Below, in pieces: positions 11,359 through 20,671 of a stretch of DNA of 48,359 bases (its first letter is position 1; each line of letters opens with the position of its first letter). Made by a program: the position numbers and the translations under genes. This stretch comes from Octopus bimaculoides (taxonomy: Eukaryota): NCBI RefSeq assembly GCF_001194135.2, contig NC_069007.1, forward strand, positions 4,039,674 to 4,088,032. The letters are read 5' to 3'. A model generated the notes under the pieces. That model saw only the letters and a program-made list of their open reading frames with translations, searched no databases and was not told where the DNA came from.

Positions 11359-13566
11359 TGCATGTGATGTCAGCATCACTATGATGAGATCATGCTGTCC
11401 ATTCCTTCAGTAGATATTGACCTTCGTTTGTTTTTTGAAGAGTCGTCTTTTGACGACATCAACAAAGAAGATGTCCGACACATTGCACCATATCGATTTG
11501 AACCAAAAGCATCGGATTTGGAAGAATTTGATTAGTTGTTACAGACCACTGACTATGATAATGAGGATGAACCTAGATTAGGAGACACTGGCTGCTACGG
11601 TGATATAAATGTTCCCAATGTTATTACCAAATTGTTTGAATAATCAAAAACTTTGTTCTCAAGTTATTTGAATGTCTGCATATATGTATGATATAATAGT
11701 TTACATGCTGTGGAGCCCAACAGATTGACCAGGAGGAAACTATCAGCACAATCTAATTACTTCAGTATGCTTATCAATTTGTGTTGCAAGATTCTTGATA
11801 TGAAATCATGTGTTGAAACAGATACTGTTATTTTTAAGGATGGTCTTTTTTTTTTTTTTTTCTTCCTTGCCAAATAAACACACACACACACACACACAAT
11901 ATATATTCGTTCTTCATGTGTTTATCACCGTTCTTATCTAATGTCCTTTGTTTGGAAATCTTGTGTCACACATCCTGTCACCTCTTCAGCAACTTCAACC
12001 CCACCCCTTTAGAGACAGGGTGAAAACATCAATGATATAACTACTGTTATTTCCTCTTTTGTTACTATTTGGTACAGTTATTCATTTCCAAAATTGCTTA
12101 GAAAATGTAGAATCAGTCGTAGAGGCAACTGACAAAATTGGTTTATGGGAAAGATGTCAGTTTCAATATCAGAACTTTACAACAAACCAATGCCATGATG
12201 ATGATGAGTATAACGAGACAGCAGCTATATTTTTGTATTTTTTATGTTTCTTTTACTTCAGTAGTTTACTGCAATTATATTTTAGTTAACGATTATGAAG
12301 TGCAGACATGTGATCCCTCTGACAGTTACAGCTATTACGAGGGGGAGAAATCATTTTGTCATAGTACTAGGCAGGATTAGAAATTTGAAAATTAAGGAAT
12401 TATTAGAAAAGAAGGGATACATTTTAAATGTTCTTGTTTACTTAAATACAAAGTTCTTAACATTTCTTAGTTGTTAGAAATCATATCTCGTACTATTTTG
12501 TTCTTTTTAGAAATCCTCAGCACGACACGACCTGTCACTTATTTAATTAAATACTTTATAAAATGAGATATTTCATTGAAGATGGAATTAATTACAGTCT
12601 GGAAGAAATACATGTAATATTTTTTTTCATTTTTTCATAAAATATTAGTAGATTAGGAATTGGAAGAAGAGTGAGAAAGTTTTAAGTTTTTACATTACAA
12701 AATAATAACTTCTTCCAGGGAATTTTACATTGTGAATATGTCCTAAAGAACTTAATAATTTTAATAGGAGTTAGAAACAGCTTCACAAGCCTTTTTCCAA
12801 TGCATTCTTTGTGGAATAGATGTTCATTTTTGCTTTCATCAGCACCACATTCAACCCATCAACTAGTTTAGGGGTATAACACTATGAGATAGACCAATTT
12901 ACATTATCGTCATCATCATCAATTAGCATCTGCTTTTCATGCTGGCATGGGTTGGATGGTTTAACTGAAAACTGCTAAGCTGGAGAGCTGCACCAGGTTC
13001 CAGTCTGATTTGGCATGGCTTCTACAGCTGGATGCCCTTCCTAGTGCCAACCACTCCAAGAGTGTAATGAGTGCTTTATATATGTCAATGGCACAGGTGA
13101 AAGTTAAATGCCACATCTACACTTTCACTTGGCTTGAAAAGTCTTCTCAAGCATGGCAGATCCCAAATTAAACATATTCCTGCCAGCAAGAAAACAATAT
13201 TTCATTTTTCAACCATACTATACTGCCAAGTATATTCTTTTCTACTTTAGGCACAAGGCCTGAAATTATTTTTATGGTGGTGGGGAGTCGATTAGATTGA
13301 ACCCCAGTATGCAACTGGTACTTAATGTATTGACCCTGAAAGGATGAAAGGCAAAGTCAACTCCGGCAGAATTTGAACTAAGAATGTAAAGACAGACGAA
13401 ATACCGCTAAGCATTTCGCCTGGTGTGCTAATTTTAACTATGTATGTATATATATATATGTGTGTATATATGTATATATGTGTGTATATATATGTGTGTG
13501 TGTGTGTGTATATATATATGTATGTGTGTATATATATATATATATATGTGAGTGGTGTGTGTGTGC

Positions 13567-13597
<31 letters not shown>

Positions 13598-13948
13598 CAC
13601 ATATGTATATGTGAGTGGTATGTGTGTAGTGTTTTATTTTATTCGTCAATATTAGATATTTATTAGCTATCTATATCATCATCATTATGAATACACTTTT
13701 TACTAATAATAATATTAACTAATTACTTAATGATTAACTTAATACTTTTTAAAATTTTATATATTATTATTATTACTATTACTATTTTCGTTTTATTATC
13801 ACACATTTATTTCATTCTATTTACAATTACCATTATCATCACCAAAGGTTTCAATTTTATTAATGGTGCTAAATCAAACTCTTGAAAACGCTGCTCCAAT
13901 ATGGCCAGTCTGATGACCGGAAACATTTAAGAATAAAAGAAAACTTAC

Positions 13949-14176
13949 GTTAGGGAATGGGCAACAACCATATTCTCCATCAGCTAAAGGGCAGCAAGTC
14001 ATGTTGCTTGTACAAGAGGTCTGTGCATCAGGACATATTTGGTCGGAAAGGTGCTTGGGCAATGGGTCCTCAGCTCTGGCGACCTTTGTGGCGCTTTTCT
14101 CACATTTCTTAGAATTCACATTACATGTGTGATCGTTTGGACAACACAGACCTTCACCACCACTGCAGCAGATGGC
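13949..14176 (-). CDS. GRN: Progranulin exon: C-half of granulin 2 plus N-half of granulin 3 (AICCSGGEGLCCPNDHTCNVNSKKC...ICPDAQTSCTSNMTCCPLADGEYGCCPFPN)
   Basis: tttttctctgcag acceptor, AAC|gtaagt donor, 228 nt, phase 0-0, granulin Cys spacing. Confidence 0.93.
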
Positions 14177-15103
14177 CTGCAGAGAAAAACAAGCAACGTC
14201 AATGGGAAATGGAAATTAAGGAGGTCAAAGGTGAAAAAACATAGAAATATATATTCTTTTTTTGGAATGATGAATCTCGAAGTGGATAAAGCTATAAATG
14301 ATAGCATGTAAATGTTAGGTTAAAAAAATCCAGTGGAATTTGAACCCATGTCTCTTCTTATTTCTTTATTGCCCACAAAGGGCTAAACATAGAGGGGGCA
14401 AACAAGGACAGACAAAGGGATTAAGTCGATTACATCGACCCCCGGTGCGTAACGGGTACTCAATTTATCGACCCCGAAAGGATGAAAGGCAAAGTCGACC
14501 TCGGCGGAATTTGAACTCAGAACGTGACGGCAGACGAAATACCGCTAAGCATTTTGCCCGGCGTGCTAACATTTCTGCCATATCTCTTCTAAGCAGTCTG
14601 GGGCAGCCTTTCACTTTTTTCCCCCAGCGGTTTAGCAAAAGAGATCGACAAAGGCTTAAAAGCGAAAATCACTGGGATTGATTCAGTCGACTAAAAATTA
14701 GGTGCCAGATAGTGAGACTGAACCCGGAACCATGTGGTTGGGAAGCAAACTTTTTTACCACACAGCCATGTCTGCAAAAACATGTCTAGCCATGGGGAGA
14801 TATGACCTTGTTTGAAACAGGTAAGGGTTGCTAGACTATATAAGGTTAGGCTGTGTGGTCAAGTAGGGTCTTTTGGTATTTGTCCCCTTTTGAAACTGAT
14901 AAAACAAGAGCCAGACAAAGCACTGGGGTGAATATAATTGACCAGAACTCTTTAAGGTGATGCTCCAACATGACCATAATTACAAGATGAGACCAATGCA
15001 AAAGTCATTAACAATCCCTATCATCATGATGAAAGGAGAAAGAGAGAGACAGAGAGAGAGAGAGAGATAGTGGGGTGGAGACAAAATTCAGTAAATAACT
15101 TAC

Positions 15104-15256
15104 ATTTGGATAAGGGCAGCAACCAAAGTCATTATTCTCTAAAAGACAAACTGTGTGGTTCGACTGGCATTTTGGAGTCCTTTTCAAAGTTCTTTCATGG
15201 CTAAAAACTCTGTCGAAAAAGTTCAGTTTGTTGACAAATCCAACATCATTGGTTGG
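15104..15256 (-). CDS. GRN: Progranulin exon: linker plus degenerate N-half of granulin 2 (PTNDVGF...TPKCQSNHTVCLLENNDFGCCPYPN)
   Basis: atcttttcag acceptor, AAT|gtaagt donor, 153 nt open frame ending GCCPYPN like the other N-halves; absent from the ORF track. Confidence 0.85.
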
Positions 15257-15289
15257 CTGAAAAGATAAATTTTCAAAATTATTTTCAAT

Positions 15290-15626
15290 TAAGAACAGAA
15301 ATGAATTTATTTCTCAAACGCGTGATCAGGATAAATTATCCATTTATTGCAGAAAAATACGCTACTGGCCAGCCATGAGACTCGAACTCACATCTCTGTG
15401 ATTACGCGTCAAGTGTTTTACCATTAAACTAAACTGCCCAGCAACGAATTCTTCTGCAATTTTAGAGTTTAATGGTAAAACACTTGACGCGTAATCACAG
15501 AGATGTGAGTTCGAGTCTCATAGCTGGCCAGTAGCGTATTTTTCTGCAATAAATGGATAATTTATCCCGATCTCGCTATTTATAGCATTATCACGCGTTT
15601 GAGAAATAAATTTATTTCTGTTCTTA
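15290..15626. repeat. Near-perfect inverted repeat (arms 15290-15430 and 15466-15626) containing tRNA-like heads
   Basis: About 3 mismatches over 141 paired nt by eye, 35-nt loop, 20-nt extra segment in the right arm; A-box/B-box-like (GTTCGAGTC) sequence in each arm. Confidence 0.9.
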
Positions 15627-16078
15627 CAATACATCTCAACACTTCTAAAAAAGAACAAACTTTGTTTACTTTCATCGTAAAGTTGAATTTATTTTCATTT
15701 AAATTTCAGAAAAAGTTCTGATTGTGTATGTAGAGTGGTGGTGGTGGTGAGGTGGAAGACAACCCCTTCCACTGAAAAAAAACCCAACAATAGTTCGTTT
15801 TGGTTATTTGACTAAAAATAAAACCAGGAATGTATGAAACAATACAAAGCACTTTTATATGATACTAATTTCTCTCTCATGAGATATATTCCGGAAATGT
15901 TGAGACTTTTTAGGCGTGGCACTTATAACTGTCCTAGATTACAGAAAGTTTAGTATAACATTACTACCATCAAGTAACATATTTTGGCCACTATAACATG
16001 GCTGTTCAATACAGAAATGTGTTACTATATTTTAACCCCAGGAAAACATCTTTCCCAGCTGGTCTCATGTGGGATGGT

Positions 16079-16345
16079 ATCATCATCATCATCGTCGTCG
16101 TTTAACGTCCACTTTCCATGCTAGCATGGGTTGGACGATTTGACTGAGGACTGGTGAAACCAGATGGCTACACCAGGCTCCAATCTGATTTGGCAGAGTT
16201 TCTACAGCTGGATGCCCTTTCTAACGCCAACCACTCAGAGAGTGTAGTGGGTGCTTTTACGTGTCACCCGCACGAAGGCCAGTCAAGCGGTACTGGTAAC
16301 GGCCACGCTCAAAATGGTGTATTTTATGTGCCACCCGCACAAGAG
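16079..16345 (+). mobile_element. Repeat family E beginning with (CAT)n (copies: 695-1010, 12905-13090, and inverted 9000-9180, 36290-36655, 39130-39370); likely 3' end of a SINE/LINE read antisense
   Basis: Shared catcatcgtttaacgtcc...ttctacagctggatgcccttcctaacgcc core. Confidence 0.7.
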
Positions 16346-16358
16346 CCAATATATATAT

Positions 16359-16405
<47 letters not shown>

Positions 16406-16515
16406 CATGCATGTACATATATGCATATATCACACCCATGCCAGTTGCATTCATGGTTGAGTGTTTAAGTCAAGTTTGTGGATATGAAAAAAATTACATA
16501 AAATATACAAGGTAC

Positions 16516-16647
16516 CTTGTGCTTCCTTGTTGTCAATGAAGCATTTTGCCATGAAATCTTGATTCCATCCTTTATGCACTGACCATTTTTCACATCACAG
16601 GCATAACCCTCAGGGCAGCAATGGGTCTTGTCTGAACAACATTCAGC
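16516..16647 (-). CDS. GRN: Progranulin exon: C-half of granulin 1 plus linker (AECCSDKTHCCPEGYACDVKNGQCIKDGIKISWQNASLTTRKHK)
   Basis: ttgttccag acceptor; CC-x2D-x2-HCCP-x4-C-x6-C motif; AAG|gtacct donor (weaker), phase 0. Confidence 0.9.
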
Positions 16648-17222
16648 CTGGAACAAGAAAGTACAACAATATGAAATATAAAGAAGATTGTACAAATACA
16701 CGAAACAAATAATTATTATAATTTCCAAAGGGGCCACATAGCTAAAAGGTACAGAGCACTCAGCTGGTATCTGAGAGGTACAGGTTTCGATTCTCTGTAG
16801 CTGTCTGCTGGCAACTTTTCCTAACAGCGGTGCTCTAGCATGGCTGCAGCTCTTGAGTTGAAACTAGTCAAAAAATGAAAAACAAAAGCTGCCATAACAT
16901 GCACCCTACACCAGTGTTCTTAACCTGGATGCTAGTATCTGACTGTGATGCTCAAAAAGGAATAGCAACTCCCTAGGGGGCAGTTGATGTTTAGAGGGGT
17001 TGTGAATTTTCTTCAGAATAAAATATTTAAACTGGGTGAGGTTATAAACCAGATGCAATACTTGTATCTTTTATGGTCTACTTGTTATAGTCATTAGACT
17101 GTGGCCATGTTGGGGCACTACCGTGAGGAATTTTAGTCAAACTAACCAACCCCAGAACTTTCCATTTTTTTCTTAAAGCATGGTACTTACTCTATTGGTC
17201 CCTTTTGTGTCTTCTACTATAG

Positions 17223-17477
17223 CAGTGGTTCCCAAAGTGGGTGGTATTGCCCCCTGGGGGCGGTGGAAAGTTCCAAGGGGGTGTTGAAGTGGGGTGATTC
17301 ATGTAAAAGCAACAAAATAATGGCTTCATTAGGTTAAGTTTTATTTGTGAAATGCAGTTGTTTTGAATTTGCTCCAGAAAGGGGTCTATGTTTGTGATGG
17401 TTAGTTGGGGTGGGGGCATTAGGAATGTGGCTTGGGTGTCAAGGGGGCGGCAGCCCGAAAATGTTTGGGAACCACTA
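17223..17477. mobile_element. hAT (Charlie-like) MITE inserted into a family A SINE
   Basis: TIRs CAGTGGTTCCCAAA / TTTGGGAACCACTA; 8-bp TSD tactatag / gactatag (7/8). Confidence 0.85.
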
Positions 17478-18283
17478 GACTATAGCCTTGGGCTGACCAA
17501 AGCCTTGTGAATGCATTTGGTAGGGGGAAATTGAAGGAAGCCCATTGTATATATATNNNNNNNNNNNNNNNNNNNNNNNNNNNNNNNNNNNNNNNNNNNN
17601 NNNNNNNNNNNNNNNNNNNNNNNNNNNNNNNNNNNNNNNNNNNNNNNNNNNNNNNNNNNNNNNNNNNNNNNNNNNNNNNNNNNNNNNNNNNNNNNNNNNN
17701 NNNNNNNNNNNNNNNNNNNNNNNNNNNNNNNNNNATCCGGCCAAAAGCATTCTGCCTATTCTATGTTCAAACTGGCCAGATCTGGTCTCTCACACCAACC
17801 CTACAATATCGTTTTAAAAATTAACAGCTACCTCATCAAAATCTCGTAGCTACGAGTTAATGCATGATTAGTTCAAAACAATGTGGATAAAAAAGCATTA
17901 ATTATGGCAGAATAATGTGAACACTAAAGGGTTAAAAAAAAAAAAAAATTATTGGGGTCAATCCATTCAACTAAAAGTTCTTCAAGGCAGTGCCCCAGCA
18001 TGGTCGCAGCCTAATAACTGAAAGACATAAAAGAAAGAAACAAAAGAATCTCGATGAAGTGACACATGCGCATGTAGTCCTCTAAGGATGATCAACCGGT
18101 CAGCAGTTAATTTTTTGTTGGATTGTAAGCAAGGGGTAATCGAAAAAGGGGTTCTTTGAGAAGAATTACATTAAAAGCATGCAAAGGTCACGAGGCAATG
18201 GTAAACCAGGCTTCAGATTATACTTACCAGCCAATGTGAGAAACACATGAGGAAATTTTATGAAATCGGGAAAAAGTACTTAC

Positions 18284-18448
18284 ATTCTTATAGATACAAC
18301 AAGCATATTCATTGGGGCCAATAAGGCAACAAGTACCATCCGGGCAGGCGGCTATGCTATTGGAACACAGATCATCGTGGCGGTTGTAGTAGAGTTTTCC
18401 TCCTTGGACGGCAGACAAGAACAGAACGGCAAAGAGGGGGTACAACAT
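18284..18448 (-). CDS. GRN: Progranulin first coding exon: signal peptide plus N-half of granulin 1 (MLYPLFAVLFLSAVQGG...LCSNSIAACPDGTCCLIGPNEYACCIYKN)
   Basis: ATG 3 nt after a cttctttag acceptor (exon starts 18451, so an upstream non-coding exon exists); hydrophobic leader; C-C-CC-CC pattern; gtaagt donor at 18283, phase 0. Confidence 0.92.
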
Positions 18449-18879
18449 TTCCTAAAGAAGACAAAAAATATATGAAAAATAAACAGGAACAAATGTATAA
18501 AAATACAGGGTGTCTCAGAATTAACTATCAATTTCTATGAAACCGGGCAAAGTGACAGAATTTTATATTTATTACATAATTATGTGAAGGTGCATGGCTC
18601 AGTGATTAAGAGCATCAGGCTCACATTCATGAGGTAGTGAGTTCGATTCTTGGACCGAGCTGTGTATTGTGTTCTTGAGCGAGACACTTTATTTCATGTT
18701 GCTCCAGTTCACTGGCGCCAAGCTGTATCGGCTTTTGTCTTTCTCTTGGATAACATCAATGGTGCAGAGAGGGGAGGCTGGTATGCAAGGGCAACTGCTG
18801 GTCTTCCATAAACAACCTTGCATTTTCTTGGGTTTCCTTGACTTTTTGAAATCTTATTTGCTTCAAGTAGGATTTGATC

Positions 18880-19235
18880 TTTTGCCTTGATTTTGAGGTT
18901 ATAGCCATAGACCCACGATTCCTCACCTATTATCACTGTTTTCAAAAAGTTTTCATCTTCTCTGACTCTATCCAGGAGATCCTGCACAACTGGAACCTGA
19001 TCTTCCTTTTGAGATGACCGCACTTGACACACTTTACTTCCAAGTACTGCTACAAACAATGGAAGTGAGCCAGATCGCTACAACTTAGTGTGTCTGAGCT
19101 CAAGGTCAATCTGTGCCAAGCAGCTTCACTCTGCATACTTTAGCTCTGTTACCATAGCAACAGTGATGATACTCTCTGATCAGATCTTGCATATGGTTAG
19201 AACTACAAATATGCAAAAGTAATTTAAACACGATC
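18880..19235 (-). mobile_element. Mariner transposase relic
   Basis: ...DENFLKTVIIGEESWVYGY..., matching the FLxxIxTGDExWVYxY region around the first catalytic Asp. Confidence 0.7.
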
Positions 19236-19249
19236 TGTTGTTAGTATTA

Positions 19250-20215
19250 ATAGTATTAGGCTGACCCTGGGAGTTCCTCTATGCTGATGACCTTGCTCTA
19301 ATAGCTGAGTCACTACCAGAACTAGAGGAGAAGTTTCAGGTGTGGAAGCAAGTCTAGAATCGAAGGGCCTTAGGTGTGGAAGCAAGTCTAGAATTGAAGG
19401 GCCTTAGGTGTGGAAGCAAGTCTAGAATCTAGCAAAAACCAAAGTCTTAGTAAGTAGGAAGGCAGACAAATCACAAATCCCTTCAGGTAGATGGCCCTGC
19501 TTGATCTGTAGAAAAGGTAGAAACTCCATAAGATGTACTCAGTGTAAGCTCTGGACACATAAAAGGTGCGGCAATATCAAAGGAAAACTAACTGGGAAGA
19601 TAGTTTTTGTGTGTGGCAGATGCACAGACAATGTGCAGAGAACAGCTTCCATCAGAAGGGGGAAAAACCTAGAAGTCAGTAGTTGGAATGGATGCCCTGA
19701 GAGCATAGCTGCTAGAATAACCTCGGCAAAGTTCAGAAATCTCCTACCTCTGCTGGTAACAAAGAATCTCTCACTCAGAGTGAAAGGTAAACTGTATGAT
19801 GCATGTGTGTGAACAGCCATGCTACATGGCAGTGAAACATGGGCTGTGACTGCTGAGGACATGCGTAAGCTTGCAAGAAATGAAGCTAGTATGCTCCGTT
19901 GGATGTGTAATGTCAGTGTGCATACATGACAGAGTGCAAGAAAAGTTGGACATAAGAAGCATCAGATGTGGTGTGCAAGAGAGACGACTGTGCTGGTATG
20001 GACATGTGTCAGGTATGGATGAGGACAGCTGTGTCACACCCTAACAGTGGAGGGAACCTGCGGAAGAGATAGACCCAGGAAGACCTGGGATGAGGTGGTG
20101 AAGCATGACCTTTGAATGTTGGACCTCACAGAAGCAATGACAAGCACCTGAGACCTTTGGAGATTTGCTGTGCTTGAGAAGACTCAGCAAGCCAAGTGAG
20201 ATCGTAGCTGTGGCC
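19250..20215 (+). mobile_element. 5'-truncated RTE-clade LINE (RT C-terminus to 3' end), frameshifted
   Basis: PWEFLYADDLALIAESLPELEEKF, KGKLYDACV..AMLHGSETWAVT, RLCWYGHV and RPRKTWDEVV remnants. Confidence 0.85.
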
Positions 20216-20638
20216 TACGCCAGTGTCGCATAACTGGCCCATGTAAGAGTACCCTTCAATCGTCAGGCAATATGCTGCGCTTGAGAAGACTTGTTGAGTC
20301 AAATGAACTCATCCCCATGGCTAATGCCAATACTGCTTGACTGGTACTTGTGCTGGTACCATGTAAAAAGCACCATTCGAGCATGGTCGACGCCAGTACT
20401 ACCAGACGCGTGGGATATTGAACGCTAGTGAAATGACGAAGCTGGAGAGATAGTAACTACGTCTCGCCTTTAAGTCGGCTGGATTGAGAAAGAGAGAAGT
20501 GACCAGAAGTCACATGTGAGCAGAGAGGAGTGGTAGAGGGAGGAAGTGGAACAAGGTGGGCGACAAGAGGCAGGAGAAGAGGAAGAGAGAGATATGTATA
20601 GCAACACATTATATATACATATATATATGTACGTATAT

Positions 20639-20671
<33 letters not shown>

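Noticed and set aside
15345-15535. tRNA-Thr(CGT)-like genes in the hairpin arms
   Set aside because: No U33, a poor acceptor stem, and embedded in a longer repeated unit; better explained as a tRNA-derived repeat head.
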